Shown piece after piece: positions 19,528-28,571 of a DNA stretch of 64,000 bases. Both the position numbers and the translations under genes were made by a program. Each line of letters begins with the position of its first letter. Position 1 is the first letter of the stretch. Location: positions 4,396-68,395 of the forward strand of contig JANNXA010000045.1 in assembly GCA_031409275.1 (NCBI GenBank). The letters run 5' to 3'. Below the pieces are notes generated by a model. It ran no database searches. It saw only the letters and a program-made list of their open reading frames with translations, and was not told where the DNA came from. This stretch comes from Planctomycetota bacterium (GTDB lineage Bacteria > Planctomycetota > B15-G4 > SIAN01).

Positions 19528-20301
19528 TCAGCGACCGCCGGCGGGCGGCGGTGCGGGCGCGGGCGGCGGTGCGACGCGGAAGAAGAGGACGTGCTGCCAC
19601 GGCAGTTCGTCGTATTCGCGCACCAGCTCGAAGCCGTTGTGGAGCAGCTCCTTCTTCACCTGCACCTTGGTCATCTTGTGCTCGAGCTTGATCGGTACTT
19701 CCGGGTCCTCGAGACGGAACTCGACCAGCACGATCTGACCGTCGGGCTTGAGCGCGCGCTTCAATCCCGCGAGCACTTCCGCGGGCCACGTGAGCTCGTG
19801 GTAGACGTCGACGAGGAACGCCAGGTCGATCGACGCGTCCGGCAACTTCGGATCCTGCTCGGTGCACAACACCGGAACGACGACCTCGCCCACGTCATGG
19901 CGCTTCGCCTCGATCGCCAGCAGTTCGAGCATCTGCGGCTGCAGATCGACCGCGTAGACCCGCCCCTTGGCCCCGACCCGCTTCGCGAGCGGGAAGGTGT
20001 AGAAGCCATTGCCGCAGCCGAAGTCGGCGACGCTCGCCCCCTCCTTCAATTCGAGCGCTGCCAGCAACTTGCTGCAGCCCTCCTCTTTCTCGCGCGTGAT
20101 GCGCATCAGCCACGGGCCGCCCTCGTAGCTCATGAACGGCGCGATCGGTCGCCCCATGTAGCTCTTGGGTCGCTCGGTCACCGCCGGCGGAGCCACCGGC
20201 GGCGCAACCGGCGGCGACTCCTGCGCGGCACGCGCGACCGCGATCAGCGCGATCGTGGCCAACAGCAGGCGGGCGCTGCGCGTTGTCGAGGCGTGCGTCA
20301 T
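19528..20301 (-). CDS. Secreted class I SAM-dependent methyltransferase.
   Basis: Signal peptide and Pro-rich linker, then methyltransferase motif I (VADFGCGNGFYTF) and post-I acidic residue (VYAVDLQ). Confidence 0.8.
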   Translation of the reverse strand: MTHASTTRSARLLLATIALIAVARAAQESPPVAPPVAPPAVTERPKSYMGRPIAPFMSYEGGPWLMRITREKEEGCSKLLAALELKEGASVADFGCGNGFYTFPLAKRVGAKGRVYAVDLQPQMLELLAIEAKRHDVGEVVVPVLCTEQDPKLPDASIDLAFLVDVYHELTWPAEVLAGLKRALKPDGQIVLVEFRLEDPEVPIKLEHKMTKVQVKKELLHNGFELVREYDELPWQHVLFFRVAPPPAPAPPPAGGR

Positions 20302-21113
20302 CGACGACCTCCACTCATCTTCCCCGTCGAGCGACGCAAGGTGGTCGCGCGCCGGTTCCGAAACAGGAGCGAGGCGAGGTCGCTCACGATCGATCCGAGC
20401 GCGGCCGCGAGATCGAACGGCTTCGCCAGGCCCAAAACCGACTCGATCGGAAACGGGCCGGGCGCCACGCGTGCTTCACGAACGTCGCGTGCCTGCGCGC
20501 GCAGGATGAGTTCCCGCCCGCCATCGCGTAGGAAGGCGAGCACCTGCGCAAGTTCGTCAGGATCGAACCACAGCCCGTGTTTCACGCAGACGTCGACGAC
20601 GATTCCCGAGACGCCGCCCCAATTGCGCCGCAACATGCGTTCGCCGCAGTCGGGACACGGCAGGTAGCGAACCTCCGCCTCGAGTCGCACTGCACGCGTC
20701 CGCGGCGTCCCGCGCATCGCGACGCTCGCCGCGCCCGCCGCCTCGGAGCGGTTGCAGAAGTGGTCGAAGACGGCCGGGGAGAGCCAGACGCCCTGGCAGC
20801 CGGCGCACTCGATCAGCGTGCCGCCGCCCTGCCCGAGGCCGAGGTCGCGTCGCCGCAGCGTCCCGTCGCACCGCGGGCAGCCGCGCTGCGACGGCAACGG
20901 CGTGATCGACTGCTCCGGGACGGCGCCGCCGCACCCCGCGCAATAGCGGGCGAGTCGCGCCATGCGCGCGCCGCAGCCGGTGCAGACGCGGTCGAGTTCG
21001 CGCGGATGCGGGACGATCGGCGCCGCGCAGTGGTCGCATCGCTTCGCGGCGGCCGCGACCGGTGCCCCGCACGCCGAGCAGTGGAGCACCGTCACCTCGA
21101 GCCTTCGCCCCAT
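20298..21113 (-). CDS. Zinc-ribbon protein with two zf-TFIIB-like CxxC modules.
   Basis: Only the C-terminal 272 aa of track ORF 20298..22529 is credible; the rest is antisense to the sulfatase gene. GGGAGGGG Shine-Dalgarno 6 nt before ATG 21113. Repeated CPRCDGTL...CAGCQGVWL and CPDCGERM...VCVKHGLWFDPDEL modules. Confidence 0.55.
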   Translation of the reverse strand: MGRRLEVTVLHCSACGAPVAAAAKRCDHCAAPIVPHPRELDRVCTGCGARMARLARYCAGCGGAVPEQSITPLPSQRGCPRCDGTLRRRDLGLGQGGGTLIECAGCQGVWLSPAVFDHFCNRSEAAGAASVAMRGTPRTRAVRLEAEVRYLPCPDCGERMLRRNWGGVSGIVVDVCVKHGLWFDPDELAQVLAFLRDGGRELILRAQARDVREARVAPGPFPIESVLGLAKPFDLAAALGSIVSDLASLLFRNRRATTLRRSTGKMSGGRR

Positions 21114-21155
21114 CACGCCCCTCCCAAGGTGGCGGCGCATCGTATCGTGCATGCC

Positions 21156-23093
21156 ATGTCGCCTCGCCGCCCGCTCCCCCTTCTCGCTGCGACTCGCACG
21201 GCCGCATTCTCGGCCGCGGCGCTGCTCGCGCTTGTGGCTTGCAGCGATTCGCCCGGCGCGCCCGCGGCCGGCGCCTTCGCGCCGTCGACCGCTCCCGCGC
21301 GGTCCGCCAACGTCGCCGAACCTTGGCGACCCAACGTGCTGGTGGTCACGCTCGACACGACGCGCGCCGACGCGCTCGGCTGCTACGGAGCAAAGCACGG
21401 CCTGACGCCGACGCTCGACGCGCTGGCCGCGCGCGGCATTCGATTCGACGCCGCGCGCGCACCCACGCCGGTCACGATGCCGTCGCACGCGACGATCTTC
21501 ACCGGCAACTACCCGTTCCAGCATGGCGTCCGCGACAACGGGACCTTCGTGCTCGGCGACGAAGCCTTCACGCTGGCCGAGCGGCTGCGCGCGGCGGGCT
21601 ACGCCACCGCCGCGATCCCCGCCGCGTTCGTGGTCGACTCCTCGTTCGGCCTCGCGCAAGGCTTCGAGACCTACGACGAGCTCTCCTCCACCCGCACGGC
21701 CACCGGCGGTGAAGGCGAAGAGCGGACCGCCGCCGTCGTCGTCGCGCGCGCGAAGGCGTTCCTCGCCGCGCACGATCGCAAGCGCCCCTTCTTCCTCTGG
21801 ACCCACTTCTTCGACGCCCACTTCCCCTATGCGCCGCCGGCCGCGCTGCTGGCCGCCCATCCCTTCGCCGACGACCCGTCGAAGAGGGGGAACGCACGCG
21901 CGAAGCAGCGCCACCTCTACCAGCTCGAGCTCGCCCACATCGACACGCAGCTCGCCGAGCTGCTCGCCGCGCTGCAGCCCTTCGGCGGCGCCGAAGAGAC
22001 GTTGATCGTCGTGGTCGGCGACCACGGCGAGGGGCTCGGCGACCATGGCGAGGCGTCGCACGCCACCTTCGTCTACGACTCGACGCTCCGCATCCCGCTC
22101 TGGTTCGCGCACGCCCGGCTGCCGCACGGCCGCGTCGTCGAGGACGCCGTTTCGGCGGTCGACGTGACGCCGACGTTGCTCGCGCTGCTGGGTCTGCCTG
22201 CGGATGGAACCTACGGCGCGTCGCTGGTTCCTTCCTTCACCGGCGAACCGATCGCCACCGCGCGGGCGCTCTACTTCGAGAACTGCTCGACCTGGTTCAC
22301 GTCCGGTTGGGCGCCGCTGTACGGCGTCATCGCCGGCCGCTGGAAAACGATCGTCGGACCGCAGACGCGCTTGTTCGACCTCGTCGCGGATCCAGGCGAG
22401 AAGGTCGACCTCGCCGACGCTCATCCCGAGATCGTCGAGCAGGCGCGCGCGCAGCTCGCCGACTACGCCGAGCAGACGCTCGCCTCCGCGCGCCATGAAC
22501 CCGATCCCGCCGAACTCGAGGCGCTGCAACGACTCGGCTACGTCCAGAGCAGCGAATCAGCGCGCCGCGGCGGCAGCGTGCCGCCGGGCTGGCAACCCGA
22601 CGAGGCGCTCACTCCGGAGCAAGGGCTCGCCAACCAGAAGCGCTTCTCGCAGGCCAACCAGCTGTGGCAGCAGGGGAAACGCGACACCGCCATCGAGCAG
22701 CTGCTCGAGCTGGCGCGCGAGGAACCGGCGAACGCCCACTACGCGGAGATCGCCGCCGCGCTGCTCTTCGAACTCGGACGCGCCCGCGAAGCGCTGCCGC
22801 TCGTCGAGCGCGCCGTGCGGCTCGCCGAGAACATCGGCAACCGGACCACGCTCGCCGCCTGCCTCATGGCCATCGGACGACGCGACGATTCGCTGGAGGC
22901 GCTTCGCGTGACCGTCGAACGCTTCCCGCGCGTGGCCGCCGCCCGCTTCAGTTACGCGCGCGCGCTGCTCGACGGCGGGCGCCGCGACGAGGCGCTCGTG
23001 GCTCTCGCGCCGCTCGAGACGCAGCTTCCGCCCGACTCTCCGCTCCGCGCCCAACTGCAGGAGCTCCTCGCGCGGGCGCGCGGCGGCCGTTGA
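21156..23093 (+). CDS. Sulfatase-like (alkaline-phosphatase superfamily) lipoprotein with C-terminal TPR repeats and a non-canonical active-site motif.
   Basis: Start ATG 21156 with lipobox LVAC. Sulfatase-like N-terminal region (NVLVVTLDTTRADALGCYG) and TPR repeats after residue about 470. At the position of C/S-x-P-x-R the sequence reads T-M-P-S-H. Confidence 0.8.
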   Translation: MSPRRPLPLLAATRTAAFSAAALLALVACSDSPGAPAAGAFAPSTAPARSANVAEPWRPNVLVVTLDTTRADALGCYGAKHGLTPTLDALAARGIRFDAARAPTPVTMPSHATIFTGNYPFQHGVRDNGTFVLGDEAFTLAERLRAAGYATAAIPAAFVVDSSFGLAQGFETYDELSSTRTATGGEGEERTAAVVVARAKAFLAAHDRKRPFFLWTHFFDAHFPYAPPAALLAAHPFADDPSKRGNARAKQRHLYQLELAHIDTQLAELLAALQPFGGAEETLIVVVGDHGEGLGDHGEASHATFVYDSTLRIPLWFAHARLPHGRVVEDAVSAVDVTPTLLALLGLPADGTYGASLVPSFTGEPIATARALYFENCSTWFTSGWAPLYGVIAGRWKTIVGPQTRLFDLVADPGEKVDLADAHPEIVEQARAQLADYAEQTLASARHEPDPAELEALQRLGYVQSSESARRGGSVPPGWQPDEALTPEQGLANQKRFSQANQLWQQGKRDTAIEQLLELAREEPANAHYAEIAAALLFELGRAREALPLVERAVRLAENIGNRTTLAACLMAIGRRDDSLEALRVTVERFPRVAAARFSYARALLDGGRRDEALVALAPLETQLPPDSPLRAQLQELLARARGGR

Positions 23094-23114
23094 GCCGGCC
23101 GCGCGCCGTCTCAC

Positions 23115-24035
23115 TCACGTGGCGAGCAGATCGAGGACCGCCTTGGGCACTTCGTAGCTCGAAGCTCCGAAGTCGTGGAGCCGATAGCGGGTGATGCGCG
23201 TCGAATCACCGCGCTTGGGCGTCTTCACCACCGTGAGGATCGTGAGCGTGTCGATGCGCGCGTCGGTCAGCGTCAGCTCGACCGTGACCGTCACGTCGGC
23301 GTTGCCACCGCCGGCGCGTCCCACCTGCGCTGACATCTTGCGCAGCCGATCGACGCCGGCGAATTCGTCCGCGAGCTTCTGCTCGAGCGTGCCTCGCCAC
23401 GTCGCCCTGCCGTCGACTTCGACCTGCTCGATCGACGTGAAGCCGCCGGCCTGCAGACGTGCCAGCAGCTCGTGCGGCGGGCGCGTGGAGGCGAGCTGCA
23501 TCAGGTTGCGCTTGAGCATCATCCCGCTCATCGGCGTGCCGCCGCCCATCATCGCGCCGCCCGCCGTTCCGCGCGGCGCGCTCGGCGCCTCGTCATCACC
23601 CCCGCTCGCTCGCGGAACCAGTGCCTCGCTGTCGTCGAAGCGCTCCCACAGCGCGGTGGCGCTCTCGCCGCGCCGATAGACCAGCTGATCGTCGAGGCAA
23701 AATCCGGTGAGGCCGCCGTTCTTCAGCTCCGTTGGCGCGCCCGCTTGCCAGCGCCCTTCGAACCTGGTGGCCTCGCGAGCGCCGATGCGCCGCTTCTCGC
23801 CCTCGACCGGAGCGCCGCCACCCTTGTTCTCGTTGGCGCAGCTGAAGGCGTAGTTCTTCGCTGCGAGAGTGGCCTGGAATGCCGCCAGCAGTTCGGGGCT
23901 CAACGCGACCGGGGCGCGAATCGCGGCCGGCACAGCGGGAGCCTCCTGGCTTTGCGGTGCCTCCTGCGACGCGGCTCGCGCCAGGTTCGCCGCGGCGATC
24001 GTCAACCACCCCACCGTCGTCAGCCATCGCTTCAT
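23115..24035 (-). CDS. Secreted hypothetical protein (possibly a LolA-like beta fold).
   Basis: GGAGGA Shine-Dalgarno 6 nt before ATG 24035, signal peptide MKRWLTTVGWLTIAAANLARA, coding-like GC3. No confident domain. Confidence 0.5.
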   Translation of the reverse strand: MKRWLTTVGWLTIAAANLARAASQEAPQSQEAPAVPAAIRAPVALSPELLAAFQATLAAKNYAFSCANENKGGGAPVEGEKRRIGAREATRFEGRWQAGAPTELKNGGLTGFCLDDQLVYRRGESATALWERFDDSEALVPRASGGDDEAPSAPRGTAGGAMMGGGTPMSGMMLKRNLMQLASTRPPHELLARLQAGGFTSIEQVEVDGRATWRGTLEQKLADEFAGVDRLRKMSAQVGRAGGGNADVTVTVELTLTDARIDTLTILTVVKTPKRGDSTRITRYRLHDFGASSYEVPKAVLDLLAT

Positions 24036-24054
24036 CGTCATTCCTCCGTCAGGT

Positions 24055-25356
24055 TCAGCCCACGATGCCGCCGGCCGTCGCTCGCCGCGCCACCGGTCGC
24101 CGTGCCGCGCAGGTCGCGCGCCATCCGGCCTCACGCACCACCGCCAGCGGATCGATCGCGCCACCGGCGCGTCGACGCGCCTGCGCGAGGATCGGCCGAA
24201 CATCGGTCTCGAATGCCTCCTTCAGCGTCTGCAGCGCCATCAGCGCGTCGTTCTGCGCCTGGCACTGCGCGAGCTTCGCGCGATCGACCAGCCACGCCTT
24301 CACGAACCCGCGCTGCAGTTCCACCGCGCTGACGATCAACGACTCGATCGGATCGGTGACGTTGTGCGACTGGTCGAGCAGGTAGGCCGGCGCGAAGCCC
24401 GGCACCTGCTCCACCGCCGCGCTCACCAGTTCGTGGAAGATCAGGAAGAGCTGGAACGGCTTGATCGATCCGGCGTCGAGGTCGTCGTCGCCGTACTTGC
24501 TGTCGTTGAAGTGGAAGCCGCCGAGCTTCCCGAACTGCACCAGGCGCGCGACGATCAGCTCGATGTTCACGTTCGGAGCGTGGTGGCCGAGATCGACCAG
24601 GCAACTGCATTGCGAGCCGATCGCCTGCGCGGCCGCGTAGCTCGTGCCCCAATCCTGGTTCACGGTCGAATAGAAGGCGGGCTCGCACAGCTTGTGCTCG
24701 AGGTACATGCGCCAGTCGGCCGGCAGCGAAGCCGCGATCGCGCGCAGGCTCTCGACGTAGCGGTCGAACGCGCGGCGCAGGTGGAGCTGGCCCGGGAAGT
24801 TGCCGCCGTCGCCGATCCAGACGGTGAGCGCCTTGCTGCCAAGCGCCCGCCCGAGGTCGATGCACTCGACATTCTGAGCGATCGCCTGCGCGCGCACCTC
24901 GGCGTCGACATGGGTCAGGCTGCCGAACTTGTAGGAACGCTGGCCGGGCGTGTGATCCTCGAACGTGTTCGAGTTCATCGCGTCGAAGGTGAGCTCGAGT
25001 TGCGCGGCGTGTCGACGCAGCGCCGCCGGATCGGCCGGCCGATCCCACGGCACATGCAGCGAAACCGACGGTGTCGCGCGCGTCAGTTGATGGACGACCG
25101 CGCAATCTTCGAGCTTCTCGAAGATGTCGCGCGGCTCGCCGGGTTGCGGGAAGCGTCCGAAACGGGTGCCGCCCGTGCCCACTCCCCACGACGGCAAGGC
25201 CACCGCGAAGCGCTGCGCCTGCGCCGTGAGCAACTCGATGTCGACGCCGCGGCGCGCGAGACGAGCTCCGAGCTCGGCGTAATCGCGCTCGAGGTCCTCG
25301 GCCAGAGCTGCGTTGGCCGACTCGATCCGTTCGACCTCGATGCCCGCGCGCGCCAT
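24055..25356 (-). CDS. L-rhamnose isomerase-type sugar isomerase (xylose-isomerase-like TIM barrel, Pseudomonas stutzeri type).
   Basis: Start ATG 25356 (MARAGIEVERI) with a GGGAG Shine-Dalgarno; upstream part of ORF 24055..26442 is Arg-rich noise. Sequence matches TIM-barrel rhamnose-isomerase hallmarks (LHVPWD, WIGDGGNFPGQ, YLEHK, LVDLGHH, FHFNDSKYGDDDLD). Confidence 0.75.
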   Translation of the reverse strand: MARAGIEVERIESANAALAEDLERDYAELGARLARRGVDIELLTAQAQRFAVALPSWGVGTGGTRFGRFPQPGEPRDIFEKLEDCAVVHQLTRATPSVSLHVPWDRPADPAALRRHAAQLELTFDAMNSNTFEDHTPGQRSYKFGSLTHVDAEVRAQAIAQNVECIDLGRALGSKALTVWIGDGGNFPGQLHLRRAFDRYVESLRAIAASLPADWRMYLEHKLCEPAFYSTVNQDWGTSYAAAQAIGSQCSCLVDLGHHAPNVNIELIVARLVQFGKLGGFHFNDSKYGDDDLDAGSIKPFQLFLIFHELVSAAVEQVPGFAPAYLLDQSHNVTDPIESLIVSAVELQRGFVKAWLVDRAKLAQCQAQNDALMALQTLKEAFETDVRPILAQARRRAGGAIDPLAVVREAGWRATCAARRPVARRATAGGIVG

Positions 25357-25464
25357 CGCCTCGCTCCCGCGCCCCTGCTCTCCGCGGTCGGCTCGACCGC
25401 CCTGGAACCGGTGTGAGCGTAGCGGCCGCTTGCGTCCGTGCGGTGGTTCTCCGACGATCGAGCC

Positions 25465-26688
25465 ATGCCCGCGAGAAAACTGCCGACTGCCAAGCGCCCC
25501 CCGCTGCCAGCGTTCGCCGCGCTGCTGCTGCTGGCGAGCGGCGATGAACGGGCGACCACCCAGAAGCTCCTCGCCGACGGGCGCTACGCCGAAGCGCGCG
25601 TGGCGCTCGAGCGCGCGGTGGCGGCGGCGCCGGAGGACGTCGAACTGCGCTGCCTGCTCGCCTTCGCGCAAGTGAGCCTCGGCGACGCCGACGCCGCGCT
25701 GGCCAGCGCCGCCGCCGCCGAAGCGCGCGCACCGCAGCTGGCGGCCCCCTGCTACCACCGCGGCCGCGCGCAGTTGCAGAAGCTCGACTTCGCCGCGGCC
25801 GACGCCGCGTTCGACGCGGCGCGCGCGCGGGATCCTGCGTTCTTCGCGGAATGGCGCTCCCACTTCCAGGCGCTCGCGGCGCTGGGTCGCGGCGACGAGG
25901 TACGCGCACGCGAGCTCTACGCTCAATCGCCCGAAGCGCGCGCCCCCTGGGCCGACCCGGCGTTCCTCTTCGAGCGCATGGGCATGCTCCATCCGATCGT
26001 GCCCGAACCGGCGCCGGCGCGCGGCTGGTATCGCCGCGCCGCCGACCTCTACTTCCACGGCACGCTCGACGCGCCGCGCCCCCCGCCGGAAGCGATCGAG
26101 CTGGCGCCGCCGGTGCGCGGCGAGTGGCGCGTCGTCCAGGGCAACTTCGGTGACGAATCGCACTTCGGCATCGCCGGCTCGTTCTGCTTCGACCTGATGA
26201 AAGTCGAACGCGGCCAGCTGCAGCCGTCGCCAACGAGCGATCGCGAGAGCCACTACACGTGGGACGCGCCGCTCTTCGCTCCTGCCGCGGGGCGCATCGT
26301 CCGGGCGGTCGGCGACCTCGAAGATCAACGAGCGCACGCCGGCGACCTGACGCCGCTCGCCGCGTTGGCGATCAAAACGCAGCCGCTTGGCAACCACCTC
26401 GTGATCGAACTGGGGCCGGACCGATTCCTGCTGCTCGCGCACCTCAAGCGCGGCTCATTGAGCGTGAAGGTCGGCGAGCGTGTGACCACCGGCGCACGCC
26501 TCGCCACGATCGGTCAAAGCGGCGTGAGCTACGCGCCCCACCTGCACACGACGCTCTGGCGCTCGTTCGACCCGCCGATCGGAGTGCCGTGGCGATTCGC
26601 TGGCGCCGCGCGGCGCACGCTCGAAGGGATGCTCGAGCGCGGTGCCGCGTTCACGCCGGTCGTCGGTGAAGCGATCGTTTTTCCGTAG
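25465..26688 (+). CDS. M23-family (LytM-type) metallopeptidase with N-terminal TPR repeats and signal peptide.
   Basis: M23 motifs HLVIEL...LLAHLKRGS...G.SG....PHLH, preceded by TPR-like repeats. Start placed at ATG 25465, which directly precedes the signal peptide (ALLLLASG); ATG 25438 is an alternative. Confidence 0.7.
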   Translation: MPARKLPTAKRPPLPAFAALLLLASGDERATTQKLLADGRYAEARVALERAVAAAPEDVELRCLLAFAQVSLGDADAALASAAAAEARAPQLAAPCYHRGRAQLQKLDFAAADAAFDAARARDPAFFAEWRSHFQALAALGRGDEVRARELYAQSPEARAPWADPAFLFERMGMLHPIVPEPAPARGWYRRAADLYFHGTLDAPRPPPEAIELAPPVRGEWRVVQGNFGDESHFGIAGSFCFDLMKVERGQLQPSPTSDRESHYTWDAPLFAPAAGRIVRAVGDLEDQRAHAGDLTPLAALAIKTQPLGNHLVIELGPDRFLLLAHLKRGSLSVKVGERVTTGARLATIGQSGVSYAPHLHTTLWRSFDPPIGVPWRFAGAARRTLEGMLERGAAFTPVVGEAIVFP

Positions 26689-26842
26689 CCTCATCCGTCG
26701 AATGGACGCGAGGTCCAATCCTCGGACTCGGCGACCGTTCGCTCGACGTTCGCGCCATCCGCGGGTACGGCACTGCCGTTGCACGGCACCGGCGTCGTGG
26801 AAACTCGCGCTCGCCTCGGGCGCTCCGCGCAGGAGATCGCTG

Positions 26843-28564
26843 ATGTCGTTCCGCTCGCTGCTCCAGTCGAGTTCGATGGCCCTGCTCCTGCTGCCGCTGG
26901 CCGCCGCGTGCGGAGGCGGGGGCGGCGGCGGCGGCTCGACGACGTCGACGTCGGTCGAGCTGCTCGTCGGCGACGCGCCAATCGACGACCTCTCCTCCTT
27001 CGAGCTGACGCTCACCGGCCTTTTCCTCACCGAGTTCGGCGGCGGCGAGACGGGCAACCTCCTCACCGGAGCACGCACCGTCGATCTGCTGGCGCTCGTC
27101 ACGCGCAGCGCACTGCTCGAGGTGCACTCGGCACCAGCTGGAACCTACGACAGCGCGCGCTTCGCCTTCGACGACACGGCGATCGTGGCGCGTGACCTCG
27201 CGGGCGCGCCGGTGGTCGTCACGGCCACCGCGGCCGGCGCTGCGGCGAACTTCTCGACGCCGCTCGTCATCGGCGCCGGCGAGCGGGCGCGCGTCCACTT
27301 CGAGCTGCCGCTCGCTGGGACCCTCACCGACGACCTCGCCCACCCGGGCCAGAAGATCTACGCGCCGGCGCTGCTGGTCACCGACCGCAAGGGCGATGAC
27401 GAGCCGCTCGACGAACTACACGGCGTCATCGCTCGCGAGTTCCCCGACGATTCGCGCCTGCGGATCGCGTTGCAGGATCGCGATACAGGTGCAAGCCACG
27501 GCGAGCTCACCCTCCGCCTTTCACCGTCGACGCTGCTGCTCGACGACGACGGTGAACCGTTTGCCACCGAGCGCGCCTTCTTCGCCTTCGCGCACAGCGG
27601 CGACCGCATCGAGGCGAGCGGTGTGCTGGCCGCCGACGGCTCCTTCGACGCCGACCTCGTCCATGTCGAACGCACGCGCGGAAACGGAAACGACGACGTC
27701 GCCCGCATCCACGGCACGATCACCGACCTCGACCTCGCAGGCGACACCTTCACGCTGCGGATCCGCAACGTCGCCTTCGGCAAGAGCATCGTCGACCCGA
27801 TCCTCGCAGGCCTCGGCGATCCGTCCGAGATCGAGATCTCCTACGTGGGCGCCGCGATCCAGCTGCGCGGAGACGATGCGCGCGGCGGTGACGAGAACGA
27901 CCTCGCCATCGGGCAGGGCGTGAAGGTCGATTTCGAGACGTTCGTCTCCGAGCCCTTCGCGGCGCACGAGGTCGAGATCGAGGACGAGGAGGTCGAGTAC
28001 GAAGGGACGATCGTGGACGCCAGCGGCCTGCCGGGAAGCTGCATCCTCCATCTCGAGCCGCACGATCCGGCCGTCGTGGCCGGTCTGGTGGACTCCTCGA
28101 CGACCGACGTCGAGGTCGTCCTCGACGGCAGCGAGCGTCTCTGGCTCGACCTGCGCGGCGAGCCTGACGTCGACGTCGGACTGCTCGCCGACGAACTGCG
28201 CGTCAAGGTGCGCGGCGAGCGGTCGGGCAGCTCGTCGAACCCCACCATCGCCGCATCGTCGATCCGCGTCGAACCGGGCGAACTGCGGGGCACGGTCACG
28301 GCGGTGAACCAGTCGATCGGCACCTTCGTGGTCGACATCGACTCGCTCGACGATCCGTTCGGCGGCAGCGCGCTCCCGGATCCGGTCACGTTCCGCCTCG
28401 ACGCCGACGCGTTCTTCACCGGCGACGCCGACGACGCCAGCGGCTTCTTCGCGCTCTTCGCCAACCTCGGCTCGGGCGACTCGCTCGAAGTGCGCGTCAG
28501 CGGACTCTCCGACGGGGTCGGCGGCGCGCTGACCTGGTCGGTCGAGGCGAGCGTGACCGATTGA
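26843..28564 (+). CDS. Lipoprotein of unknown function with a poly-Gly linker and repeated beta-sandwich-like modules.
   Basis: AGGAG Shine-Dalgarno 7 nt before ATG 26843, lipobox LAAAC followed by GGGGGGGGST. The upstream 67 codons of the track ORF are Arg/Ser-rich junk. Confidence 0.6.
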   Translation: MSFRSLLQSSSMALLLLPLAAACGGGGGGGGSTTSTSVELLVGDAPIDDLSSFELTLTGLFLTEFGGGETGNLLTGARTVDLLALVTRSALLEVHSAPAGTYDSARFAFDDTAIVARDLAGAPVVVTATAAGAAANFSTPLVIGAGERARVHFELPLAGTLTDDLAHPGQKIYAPALLVTDRKGDDEPLDELHGVIAREFPDDSRLRIALQDRDTGASHGELTLRLSPSTLLLDDDGEPFATERAFFAFAHSGDRIEASGVLAADGSFDADLVHVERTRGNGNDDVARIHGTITDLDLAGDTFTLRIRNVAFGKSIVDPILAGLGDPSEIEISYVGAAIQLRGDDARGGDENDLAIGQGVKVDFETFVSEPFAAHEVEIEDEEVEYEGTIVDASGLPGSCILHLEPHDPAVVAGLVDSSTTDVEVVLDGSERLWLDLRGEPDVDVGLLADELRVKVRGERSGSSSNPTIAASSIRVEPGELRGTVTAVNQSIGTFVVDIDSLDDPFGGSALPDPVTFRLDADAFFTGDADDASGFFALFANLGSGDSLEVRVSGLSDGVGGALTWSVEASVTD

Positions 28565-28571
28565 GCTGCGG

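Noticed and set aside
21114-22529. N-terminal 470 aa of track ORF 20298..22529 (-)
   Set aside because: Antisense of the sulfatase-like gene. Only the C-terminal zinc-ribbon part, preceded by a strong Shine-Dalgarno, looks real.
23869-26233. ORFs 23869..25416 (+) and 24131..26233 (-)
   Set aside because: Alternative frames over the rhamnose-isomerase gene. Arg/Ala/Pro-rich, no motifs. The frame encoding LHVPWD...LVDLGHH is the real one.
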